Shown here piece after piece: positions 1-8,593 of a stretch of DNA of 64,000 nucleotides; position 1 is the first letter of the stretch, and each line of letters opens with the position of its first letter. Position numbers and translations under genes: made by a program. The stretch is from a virus, in the IMG/VR virus record IMGVR_UViG_3300046779_002349, positions 32,001 to 96,000 of that record. One strand, 5' to 3'. The notes under the pieces were generated by a model that saw only the letters and a program-made list of their open reading frames with translations, made no database searches and was not told the DNA's origin.

Positions 1-236
1 TCCGTGAGATCGTTGTCCAGAGATACCAACCTAGGCAACCCCTTCTGATAGATCGTTTCTACAAACTCATCGTATGATCTGACTACAGTCCATTGAAACG
101 CTAATGTCTTAGTGTGTTCAAGTAGTGTTACATTCCGCCCGTGCAAGAATGCCTGACTAGGACTTCTCTGATCATCTAGAAACAAGTTATATCCTTTATT
201 AAATATTTTGTCGTAGTTGGAGTTATATTTTTCCAT
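1..236 (-). CDS. Cyclic-phosphate-processing receiver (cREC-like) domain protein, 3'-truncated by the window edge
   Basis: Not in the ORF track. Manual translation from ATG 236: MEKYNSNYDKIFNKGYNLFLDDQRSP...WTVVRSYDEFVETIYQKGLPRLVSLDNDL. The LFLDDxR / WxxVRSYxEF / SxDxDL pattern is typical of this phage receiver-like family. Confidence 0.7.
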   Translation of the reverse strand, partial: MEKYNSNYDKIFNKGYNLFLDDQRSPSQAFLHGRNVTLLEHTKTLAFQWTVVRSYDEFVETIYQKGLPRLVSLDNDLT

Positions 237-238
237 GT

Positions 239-787
239 CTACTTTTCTGTATGCGTCTCCTTTTCCTCCGTGCCAAGACATAATTTTTCTTCTTTTTCTT
301 CTAAGTTGATTAATTCAAATCTTCCGTATTTTCCCGTGTAACTTCCCCAAGGGCTTAATCCAAAGAATTTTCCTATGCATGTTAAAATTAATTTAAGTTC
401 ATCATCTGTTGGAGGTCTTAACCCATTAATTTTTGTCGTTTTAGGTAGCTTATTGAGAACTAGTAACTCCAAGGTCAGGACGCTACCTCCACGAATAGCC
501 TCATGACTCACGCTCTTTTTTTGTCCAGATATCTTGTCTGTATATTTGCGATTATACAAAACAAAAGTAGGTCTTCTAATAGGAAGAATTTCTACTACAA
601 AATCAGGATCTACCAAATGATCTAATCTCATTAAACAAATAGCTTCCTCTAAAGCCCATCTAAACACGTCGTTGTTCAAATACATCGTACTAGAATCGTT
701 AGTTCTTTCAAACCGTTTGACCCCAGTGCCGTCTTCCTTGTCTCCAAGTAAAGGAGACTCTAGCCTTATTTTTGCAATTTTGATCAT
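239..787 (-). CDS. Stand-alone RAMP (Cas7/Csm3-like) superfamily protein
   Basis: N-terminal strand KIRLESPLLG, internal EAIRGGSVLTLEL, and C-terminal Gly-rich loop GLSPWGSYTGKYGRFEL match RAMP hallmarks. Start is probably ATG 787 (the track extends to 829). Confidence 0.55.
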   Translation of the reverse strand: MIKIAKIRLESPLLGDKEDGTGVKRFERTNDSSTMYLNNDVFRWALEEAICLMRLDHLVDPDFVVEILPIRRPTFVLYNRKYTDKISGQKKSVSHEAIRGGSVLTLELLVLNKLPKTTKINGLRPPTDDELKLILTCIGKFFGLSPWGSYTGKYGRFELINLEEKEEKLCLGTEEKETHTEK

Positions 788-842
788 AATATTAATCTCG
801 AGGACATGCTTCACTAAATAATGAAGCATGTCCAGATTTTTT

Positions 843-3341
843 TTATAAATGGATACTGGTAGTGTAAGCAGAGCTCAAAGTTTCCTTGTGGTCGCAGATA
901 ATCAACTGCATGTCGGCAGCTTCTAGTTCTGGACGAATTTTCACTAAGAAATCTCTAAGGTCATCTACACCAGTTTCGTCGACATGATTAGATGGTTCAT
1001 CAAGAATCACAAATCCTAGGTTGGGTACCAGTACTTGCTGCACAGCCATAATAAACGCTAGACATAGACGCACCCTTTGACCCCCAGACATATGTCCTTG
1101 AGGCAGCCAGTAGTCTTCGCCTGTATCATGACGTTTAAACTGGAATCTAAGAGGATTGTCCTCGTCTTGTCGAATCTCGAACTGTACGTTTAACTTCTGC
1201 AGGTTTTCTTTAGTAGTCTGAATGAGATTCTCAAACTTAGCGGTTACATAAGCCTGTGGAATACCTTCGCGACTAAACTGATCTTTGAGTACCGTCAATT
1301 CTGCAATGACCGCCAATATAGGACCCGCTTCTTCTCTTTGTTTAAAAAGGAGTTCTAGATCCTTCCGAAGATTGTCACAGACCGCCTTATTAATTCCAAG
1401 GCTTTGCGTGTGAAAATCTTTCTTATTAAAGAACTCTCTAAGGGCTTTTACCTTATCACGCATTTGTGGTATGTGCGCGAAATCTAGAGGTAACGAATCT
1501 AGTAGGGCAATAAGCTTTTCTTCCGTACTCGCAATTTGTTCCGCAACAAAAGAAGTGGCAGATTCTGCCAATTTGTGCTCTTCTGTTGCTTTTTGAAATG
1601 CTTCTACTAACTTTCTCTCCTCCTCGGTTACCTGAGTTATCGATTGTGTTTTAAGAGATTCAATTTCTTTTCTTACCTGCCCAACTACACCATTAATATA
1701 TTGAGTGTAAGAATCTAGATCAAGCTTCGACACATTAGTTCTAATCTCTACAAGATCCCAACTTTTAGCTGTATCCACTAGAGACTGAACAAGCCGAGCT
1801 GTCTGATCTTCGTGGGTAGCTATGTCTAGAACCAAGCGGTCAAGTGAATCTTTTATATGGTTAGCACGCCCTAAATACTCTTTTATAATTACATTCCTGT
1901 GGATAAACTCACAGATGTTATCTGGGATTTGTGTAATTGATCTCAGAGTATTCAGCCTCTGCGTATTGCTTGCAATGTCCCCCTGTATAACACCAAGCTG
2001 ACTTTTTAACTGTTTTCCACTCTCCAGAAGAGCCTCTGCTCCATTTTTGAGTTCCTCCAGTTTTTGCTTCTGCGCTTTAACCACCAGCTCAGGAACTACA
2101 GACCCACAAACCGTACAGTTCAAATCCTGACAGTCACTTGCGTCTGCATAAATATGCATGGAATTAATCTCGGCGGTTAGAGTTGCGTACTTATCCCGCT
2201 TTTTCTGAATCTTCTCCTGTAGTTCAATTTCCTTTGCCTTATACAACTCCAATCGCTGTAACACCTCGGGAATAAGGCGATCGCGACTCTCGATATAGGA
2301 TTCGTAATTAGCTAAGGTGAATGTATCCACCGGACAGATTTTGCAAAATTCAGAGATCAGATTTCTAACCTCTGGAGAAGTAGTAGACAACGTGTCTTCC
2401 CATTTTTTCAATTTTTCTAAGTTAGTCTTAATCATATTGATGGTACTCAAGATTGTACCAGTCAACACTTTCTCTTTACTTTGTAAATTAATGATGAGGC
2501 CATTAATATCACTCTTTCCTGAGTCTAGGAGTAGGCGATTTTGAATTTCGCTAATCTGATTGTTTCCGTTTAAAGAATTAAGTTTTTCCTTCAACTTCAA
2601 CATATCCATAGACTTGTGGCGTAATTGGATATCTAGATTTTCTAGCATCAGAAGAAGACTCTCTGCATTACTCAGAGATTCTCTATCAATCTTAGGTAAA
2701 TTATTAAGCTCTTCTTCAATTGCTTTACCTTCATTAATTTTAACAACTACTTGTTCCTCCAGGGCTTGAATCCTATTATTAAGCATCGGATCAATTCTAG
2801 CGGATAAGTTATTAATCTTTGCAGCAATTGCTTTATAAGCGTCCTGCAAATGTCCGATGTCTAGAATCTTAATAAGCAACTTTTCCTGCTCTGCTGCTGT
2901 GCCGAATAGAATATTCTTTAGATCTCCTTGAGGGATATAGAGAATATTTTCCAATGTACTTACATCAGTACCAAGAATGTTACCAATCTGCTCGTCTACT
3001 TGATCTGCATAAGTATACGTATTTCCGTTACTGAGAGTAAGCAACCGCTCACTACCTTTTACCGCTAGAGTACGAGAGATAGTAAACGATTCCGACTGCC
3101 TAGTAAACTGAGCTTCAATTTCAGCCGATTTTGCCCCACCAGGTAATCCGTAGTGGCGGATGTAGTCGGATGCTGTTTTCTTCTGTGGGAGCGTACCACG
3201 GAGGCAGTAGGCGATTCCGGTGAGTAGTGTAGTCTTCCCAGCGCCATTAGCTCCAGTAAAACCAACGATATTACCTTCCAGAGTAATATCCTTCTCCTTG
3301 TGACCTGCCCAATTTTTTAATTTTAGTTTATCTAATTTCAT
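843..3341 (-). CDS. sbcC: SbcC/Rad50-like SMC ATPase (recombination nuclease subunit)
   Basis: Walker A GANGAGKTT, long coiled coil with CTVC zinc hook, signature MSGGQR, Walker B ILDEPSNHVD; adjacent to an SbcD-like gene. Confidence 0.92.
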   Translation of the reverse strand: MKLDKLKLKNWAGHKEKDITLEGNIVGFTGANGAGKTTLLTGIAYCLRGTLPQKKTASDYIRHYGLPGGAKSAEIEAQFTRQSESFTISRTLAVKGSERLLTLSNGNTYTYADQVDEQIGNILGTDVSTLENILYIPQGDLKNILFGTAAEQEKLLIKILDIGHLQDAYKAIAAKINNLSARIDPMLNNRIQALEEQVVVKINEGKAIEEELNNLPKIDRESLSNAESLLLMLENLDIQLRHKSMDMLKLKEKLNSLNGNNQISEIQNRLLLDSGKSDINGLIINLQSKEKVLTGTILSTINMIKTNLEKLKKWEDTLSTTSPEVRNLISEFCKICPVDTFTLANYESYIESRDRLIPEVLQRLELYKAKEIELQEKIQKKRDKYATLTAEINSMHIYADASDCQDLNCTVCGSVVPELVVKAQKQKLEELKNGAEALLESGKQLKSQLGVIQGDIASNTQRLNTLRSITQIPDNICEFIHRNVIIKEYLGRANHIKDSLDRLVLDIATHEDQTARLVQSLVDTAKSWDLVEIRTNVSKLDLDSYTQYINGVVGQVRKEIESLKTQSITQVTEEERKLVEAFQKATEEHKLAESATSFVAEQIASTEEKLIALLDSLPLDFAHIPQMRDKVKALREFFNKKDFHTQSLGINKAVCDNLRKDLELLFKQREEAGPILAVIAELTVLKDQFSREGIPQAYVTAKFENLIQTTKENLQKLNVQFEIRQDEDNPLRFQFKRHDTGEDYWLPQGHMSGGQRVRLCLAFIMAVQQVLVPNLGFVILDEPSNHVDETGVDDLRDFLVKIRPELEAADMQLIICDHKETLSSAYTTSIHL

Positions 3342-4453
3342 ACGATGTGTGGAATTTTATCCTGAACAAACTTTTCTACTACCTTTTCAAAGTTACTCGT
3401 TTTTAAGCACAATTCTGTAGCTACGTCAACTAGACTAGTTCCAGAAAGGCGATCTGCTACTAGCTCAGGTAATGTAATAGTACCGCTTTTTCTTTCTGTA
3501 TTTGTAACTACAGTAGAAGGAGCTTCATTGGAGTAACGTACAATGTCGTTATACTTTCCTTCTCTTGTGTTTAACGCAGATTTAAACTGATCGAATAAAT
3601 AGAATCTTTCGTCTAGATAATACTTCAAGTTGATCAATAGAGGTTCGTTTGTTGTGAGAACCTGGTGAATAATATTTGCTGTGACATCTGGGCAGTAAAG
3701 ATCGGCGTCGATAAATGGTCTAGTAATTAGAGGAATTTCTACCATAGCCAATGTATCAAAGTCAACTATTGTACAGGACTTAGCTGGAGGCTCCAAAACT
3801 CCGCTAGCCATTTCAATAGGTCCAGGATACCCACAAAGAATTTTATTTCCATTGGTTCTAGTTTGCTCAAAGTACTGTCGCTTATGGATATCTCCAAATA
3901 GAAACAGTTTTGTGTTCAAGTGCTCCGAATACTGGATGAACTCATTAAGAGAAATGTAGTTTCCATTATCGAATCCTGCACACTCCTTCATGCTCCCGTG
4001 CCAGACAATAATGTCAATTTGCTCAGTAAGTCGGGCTAGATCCTCTTCGATTTTCTTTCTGCTGGTTTCTAGAACCCCTCTAATTTTTACTCCTTTAAAG
4101 TCTACCGTAGTGTCGTCAATTGTGATAATACCCCGATCATTATGTTTCTTGTTTAGAGATATCCAGGATGGGTCGTCCTGATCGTGATTTCCTGTAATGG
4201 TGAACATCGGAATACCAGCTTCTACTAGCATATCGTGAATTTCCATTAATTGGTGAATTACAATAGATGGTGGTCTCTTCTTGTCTAAGATATCGCCACC
4301 ATTAATAATACAATCTATCTTTCCTTGTCTGTGAAGTAGAATAGCGTCATTTACTAGGCGTTTTGCAGCGGCGAAGAACTCTAGACCTCTTTCGTAGTTT
4401 CCGTACTGAGTGTCGCGTAAGTGCCAGTCTGCTGTATGTAATATTTTTATCAT
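3338..4453 (-). CDS. sbcD: SbcD/Mre11-like metallophosphoesterase nuclease
   Basis: Motifs HTADWH, GGDILD, GNHD, GDIH, YPGP; overlaps the sbcC start by 4 nt. Confidence 0.92.
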   Translation of the reverse strand: MIKILHTADWHLRDTQYGNYERGLEFFAAAKRLVNDAILLHRQGKIDCIINGGDILDKKRPPSIVIHQLMEIHDMLVEAGIPMFTITGNHDQDDPSWISLNKKHNDRGIITIDDTTVDFKGVKIRGVLETSRKKIEEDLARLTEQIDIIVWHGSMKECAGFDNGNYISLNEFIQYSEHLNTKLFLFGDIHKRQYFEQTRTNGNKILCGYPGPIEMASGVLEPPAKSCTIVDFDTLAMVEIPLITRPFIDADLYCPDVTANIIHQVLTTNEPLLINLKYYLDERFYLFDQFKSALNTREGKYNDIVRYSNEAPSTVVTNTERKSGTITLPELVADRLSGTSLVDVATELCLKTSNFEKVVEKFVQDKIPHIV

Positions 4454-4454
4454 G

Positions 4455-4907
4455 TTACAATGTTATCGTTGTCTTACTTAAGTTTAATTTCTTAGAGTTA
4501 TGTAGAAGCGTAAAGTCCATGGTTTCTGAAAGAATAAATCTGCCTGGTATATTTATTCCGTTTTCTTTTAAATTATGTGTAGTAAATAAACATGCGTTAT
4601 GCGGCATAGAATTTAAAAACTGTACAAATGTAGGAACGGATACAGAACCAATGTCTAAATACGGGTATGCGTAATCATTTTGATTCCTAGTATCCCCGTC
4701 TATATGCAGGTTCAACCCGTAAGCTGCATGCATATAAAACTTAGGAGCACTAACAGAAGTGTTTGTGGAATGTCTTATACCGACACCCGACTTAATCCAA
4801 TGCGTAATAATGGACAGCTCTTCTTGGGTAAATAGAAGTAAAGTGTTACCTGTACCTCTTTTAAATATATCCATAATTGGGAAATAAATTTTTTTATCGT
4901 CACTCAT
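4455..4907 (-). CDS. Hypothetical protein, tandem paralogue family (copy 5)
   Basis: Shares DIFK, YPY and the C-terminal LNLSKTTITL with its neighbours. Confidence 0.75.
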   Translation of the reverse strand: MSDDKKIYFPIMDIFKRGTGNTLLLFTQEELSIITHWIKSGVGIRHSTNTSVSAPKFYMHAAYGLNLHIDGDTRNQNDYAYPYLDIGSVSVPTFVQFLNSMPHNACLFTTHNLKENGINIPGRFILSETMDFTLLHNSKKLNLSKTTITL

Positions 4908-5350
4908 AATATTATAGTTGTTTTACTTAAGTTTAATTGCTTTTCGTGTCTTAGCACCCACAAATCTTTGTACAGAGTACAAGAAATCCCAGCTTTAGCT
5001 AATTCGGAAAATTCTTCTTCTCTTTTTTCGTAGGCAATCAAAACAGTTCTTGGGGGTAATTTTTTAATTGCCGCGCATAAATCATAACCTTCAGTTTGCG
5101 AAGGTGCGTAAGGATAAAATCGATCGCGTACATGGTCCTCCAAGTCTATAGTTAAATGATCTTTGCTGTGCTCAGTAATGTAACGTGCAACTGTGTGTGC
5201 CGCTACAGTATTAATACCAAATCTAGCCATCCCTGCAGCTTTAAAAGCATTCGTTACAACCTCAAGTTCTGCCTCTGACAGCAGCTCAAGCTCTGTTTCT
5301 GATTTACATTTTAATACGTCGAATACACACATGTTAAATACTAAGCTCAT
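4904..5350 (-). CDS. Hypothetical protein, tandem paralogue family (copy 4)
   Basis: FDVLK, YPY, LP, C-terminal LNLSKTTIIL; 4-nt overlaps with neighbours. Confidence 0.75.
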   Translation of the reverse strand: MSLVFNMCVFDVLKCKSETELELLSEAELEVVTNAFKAAGMARFGINTVAAHTVARYITEHSKDHLTIDLEDHVRDRFYPYAPSQTEGYDLCAAIKKLPPRTVLIAYEKREEEFSELAKAGISCTLYKDLWVLRHEKQLNLSKTTIIL

Positions 5351-5802
5351 AATATTATCGTTGTTTTGCTTAAGTTTGTATAATCCCCATGTAATACGAA
5401 CGAATTTCCATACCTACGACACGCAACCCCTGCTTGAATTACTTCTGAGAAAGCCTCCGTTTGTGCGTAAGCAATTAAAACGAACCTGGTAGGTAATGTT
5501 TTAATAAGTTTGACTAAATCACAAGGATCTATGACTACATAAGGGTACAATCTATTCGCTTCCTGATCGGTAAAGGGTATGCTTAACTGTGCATCGCTGT
5601 AGTGATAAACGCAACGAGCAATTCTAGCTACACGTAAATAATTACTACTCAAGGATTCCGGAATACCGGCATCTTTAAAAATGTGGCCCACCTGCACAAG
5701 CTCAGATTCTGTCAGCACTGTCAGCTGCGTCGGTGTCTTAAATTTTAATATGTCAAATACCTTATATTCTATTATACCTGCTACAGACTCAAAGGACTTC
5801 AT
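5347..5802 (-). CDS. Hypothetical protein, tandem paralogue family (copy 3)
   Basis: FDILK, YPY, LP, C-terminal TNLSKTTIIL. Confidence 0.75.
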   Translation of the reverse strand: MKSFESVAGIIEYKVFDILKFKTPTQLTVLTESELVQVGHIFKDAGIPESLSSNYLRVARIARCVYHYSDAQLSIPFTDQEANRLYPYVVIDPCDLVKLIKTLPTRFVLIAYAQTEAFSEVIQAGVACRRYGNSFVLHGDYTNLSKTTIIL

Positions 5803-6242
5803 AATATTATCGTTTTCTTACTTAAATTTAATAGTCTTTTATTACGTAGTACAGTTAAGTTAGGGCTTACGTAATACACAAACCCCTTATATTCCTCTTT
5901 AATGTAATCTGTAGCATCCGAGTGAGTAACTAAGCATATGTCTGGGGGCAATCTTGATATTAATTGGTGAAGCTCAATAACTTCTCGTTTAATATAAATT
6001 AGATAAGGGTATGTTATATCTAGGTGATTGTCGTCGATAAGCACTTTAAATTTAGTGGAATTTGCCTCTAAAAGTGCTTTAATACTGCTCATGGGTACTT
6101 TAGAGTGCCCGAAACTCTTAATTCCTGATTTCTGAAAAATACGGTTTAATTCTTCTAATTCTGAGCTATTTAAAAATACAAAAGAGTTATCTGATTGTAG
6201 TTTAAATATATCGAACATTGGGTAATTTACTCCTAGACTCAT
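5799..6242 (-). CDS. Hypothetical protein, tandem paralogue family (copy 2)
   Basis: FDIFK, YPY, LP, C-terminal LNLSKKTIIL. Confidence 0.75.
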   Translation of the reverse strand: MSLGVNYPMFDIFKLQSDNSFVFLNSSELEELNRIFQKSGIKSFGHSKVPMSSIKALLEANSTKFKVLIDDNHLDITYPYLIYIKREVIELHQLISRLPPDICLVTHSDATDYIKEEYKGFVYYVSPNLTVLRNKRLLNLSKKTIIL

Positions 6243-6718
6243 AACGTTATGTTCACTGATTTGTGTATTAATGTTTTATTATTTTTAAGTAAAAAAGCAT
6301 CGGAGAATGAATTAATAACAAACGACTCTACATTATATTCTGCAGCTTTATTTGCATATGCAAGAACAGCTATGTCTGTTGGTAATTTTGATATTATTGC
6401 AGGGAGTGTAGAACTACCGCATATTTTTTGAGCGGGGGGAAAGGCGGTTTGAGGTAAACAGAATACACGAGTATCTCCTGGTAGTCGGGAAGAACACTTT
6501 ATATTTCTACTTTTTAACCCACTTACAACTTCTCTCCATTCTACGTTGAATCCCCTACTTTCTACTCTGCTTTTGTTTATGTTCAGAACTAAAGCTATTA
6601 CGTTTATAATATTTTCATAGTCTTCCTTAAGAGGATTAGAAACAACAAGATTGTTGTCTATTTTAAAAAAGTCACATAATGGTATAGGTAACATAATCTT
6701 TCTCATAGTTTCACTCAT
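6239..6718 (-). CDS. Hypothetical protein, divergent member of the tandem paralogue family (copy 1)
   Basis: CDFFK, KLPTDI, C-terminal LIHKSVNITL; similar length to the others. Confidence 0.65.
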   Translation of the reverse strand: MSETMRKIMLPIPLCDFFKIDNNLVVSNPLKEDYENIINVIALVLNINKSRVESRGFNVEWREVVSGLKSRNIKCSSRLPGDTRVFCLPQTAFPPAQKICGSSTLPAIISKLPTDIAVLAYANKAAEYNVESFVINSFSDAFLLKNNKTLIHKSVNITL

Positions 6719-6935
6719 TTACGTCTACGTTTTTGTTAATCATTTCTTTTACAACATATAAAGCCATGGACACTCCCTGCTCATATACATCATCTAGGTC
6801 GTCTTGTTTAACAGCGGTCAACAATGCTTTCTGAGACTCAATTTCAGCAATAACTTCTCTAATAATTTTTTCTCTCATTTTTGCATTATTGCGTTTACCG
6901 ATGTAATTTGTGAGGATGTTTGTGATCGCTTTCAT
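6711..6935 (-). CDS. Hypothetical protein
   Basis: Probable start MKAITN at 6935 after an A-rich leader; the longer track ORF (to 7112) overlaps 6961..7197. Confidence 0.5.
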   Translation of the reverse strand: MKAITNILTNYIGKRNNAKMREKIIREVIAEIESQKALLTAVKQDDLDDVYEQGVSMALYVVKEMINKNVDVNE

Positions 6936-6960
6936 AATGTTTGTTTTCTTTTTGTCCTGG

Positions 6961-7197
6961 TTAGTTATAAAGTCCTTTTTTGTCTTCACCAAGAGAGAAA
7001 TTAATCTCTCTTCCAAAGAGGTATACAGCAAAGCCATACATACCCCAGTAAGGGTCGTAGTGTGCCCTTCTAAATCTAGGAAGATACCTAAATATAGGGT
7101 TTCCTCCATCACAAAATACTCTTATGTATTTTGTCCAAATAATTTTTTTGGCGTGTAATGGATAAGTGAACACGCGCAGAATAAAATAACGTAGCAT
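6961..7197 (-). CDS. Hypothetical protein
   Basis: 78-aa ORF that fits the gene packing between its neighbours. Confidence 0.4.
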   Translation of the reverse strand: MLRYFILRVFTYPLHAKKIIWTKYIRVFCDGGNPIFRYLPRFRRAHYDPYWGMYGFAVYLFGREINFSLGEDKKGLYN

Positions 7198-7237
7198 AAA
7201 TCCGGCTTATGCGGGACAGCTGTTAAAATACTTATTT

Positions 7238-7717
7238 TTACCAACTAGCCAAATAAAACAGTCTCCTCTTACTAAAATCAAAAGATTTTAGTAAGTTAGA
7301 AATTATTTTATAAGCAGAATCTATTTGTGCTGTGTAGTATTCGTCTTTGTCCGTAGATCCGAAAAAGAATCCTGATATAGGTTCAAGGGATTCAATTTCT
7401 TCCCCCCTTTTTACTAAAATAAGATCATTTAATAGTTGCCTTAAATGTTCAATATTTACTTCGTAACGGGAACAGTCGTCTACACCATTTTGAACATTTG
7501 TAACGAACCAATTATGTAGTCCATTAAATTTTCTCCAATAGGCTTCCTCTGTAAATATAGAGTAATAACCGTCTAGACCTGGATACGTATATAACGGAAA
7601 GAATTCCTCTAATTCCTGATTATTTGGATTTAAATTACCGGCTTCTCCAATGGCCTCTAACTCTTCTATTGTGTGGTCCGTTCTGTTTGCGGACTCTAGG
7701 TACATGTCTAATCCCAT
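7238..7717 (-). CDS. Conserved phage hypothetical protein (MGLDMYL family)
   Basis: MGLDMYL start, YWRKxNxxHNWFV, GVDDC, GFFFGSTD, terminal YxASW: a widespread phage family. Confidence 0.75.
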   Translation of the reverse strand: MGLDMYLESANRTDHTIEELEAIGEAGNLNPNNQELEEFFPLYTYPGLDGYYSIFTEEAYWRKFNGLHNWFVTNVQNGVDDCSRYEVNIEHLRQLLNDLILVKRGEEIESLEPISGFFFGSTDKDEYYTAQIDSAYKIISNLLKSFDFSKRRLFYLASW

Positions 7718-7718
7718 A

Positions 7719-7985
7719 TTATTGTTTGTTGAAGTATTTGTTCTCGATATATTGTACTTTCATTATTGCTGTAGCCATGTCGATATTAGAACATGTTACT
7801 TTCTGCTGATTCACTTTCAGTAATATAACACACCCAAATTCTTCTATAATAAACTCTCTTTTACTTGATCTAATTCTATACTGCCCTACATACGTATCTG
7901 TTTCTCCTAACTGCTCGTTTAACGCATTTAATTTAGAGACAAGTATATCATGATTAAAGTCATCTTCTTCGTAGTAGTCCTCCAT
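7719..7985 (-). CDS. Hypothetical protein
   Basis: 88-aa ORF tightly packed in the operon. Confidence 0.55.
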   Translation of the reverse strand: MEDYYEEDDFNHDILVSKLNALNEQLGETDTYVGQYRIRSSKREFIIEEFGCVILLKVNQQKVTCSNIDMATAIMKVQYIENKYFNKQ

Positions 7986-7986
7986 A

Positions 7987-8433
7987 TTACCAAGTCATTG
8001 GGTTTAGGTTGCTTTCTTCCTCTTTTAAAGCGTATTTATCCACAGAACCTGAAATAAAGTTCTGCATAACCAATACTGCTGGCTCTACCAACTCTGAGGT
8101 GAGAATTGTGTTTACTCGACTAACTGTATTGACAGGATTCGCACCAGTTGCTTGATGGATTACTGTCGTATTACTAAAATTGAGAATCTCAGTTTCTGGA
8201 GACTCAATTTTTAAACTATAACTAACCCGAATACTATCGTTCGGTATTGGGGTCGACTGGTTTATTGAATCGATTAACCAGTTTGGATTTTGATCCTTGC
8301 TGGACAAGGATAACATCGCTTCCGCCAGTTGGGTCTGGAGGTGCTGTATTAATTCCTGGAGACTCTGAACTTTGCTGTTCGGAGTCTCGGTTTCTGAACT
8401 TTGTTTTTCTGTATTCTCTTTCGGCTTGCTCAT
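7987..8433 (-). CDS. Hypothetical protein
   Basis: 148-aa ORF with an N-terminal coiled-coil segment; tightly packed. Confidence 0.55.
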   Translation of the reverse strand: MSKPKENTEKQSSETETPNSKVQSLQELIQHLQTQLAEAMLSLSSKDQNPNWLIDSINQSTPIPNDSIRVSYSLKIESPETEILNFSNTTVIHQATGANPVNTVSRVNTILTSELVEPAVLVMQNFISGSVDKYALKEEESNLNPMTW

Positions 8434-8593
8434 TTTCGTCTAAGGATTCGATAATAGCAGATTCCAAGTCCATTTCTTTTTCCTTGCGGATAGCCTTCAA
8501 ACAATCTATACTCTGAATGTTTTTCAAGCTGATTCTCGCACGAAAGCACAAATGGTTAAAATCTTTATTAAATAATCCCGCTGCTCTACTCAT

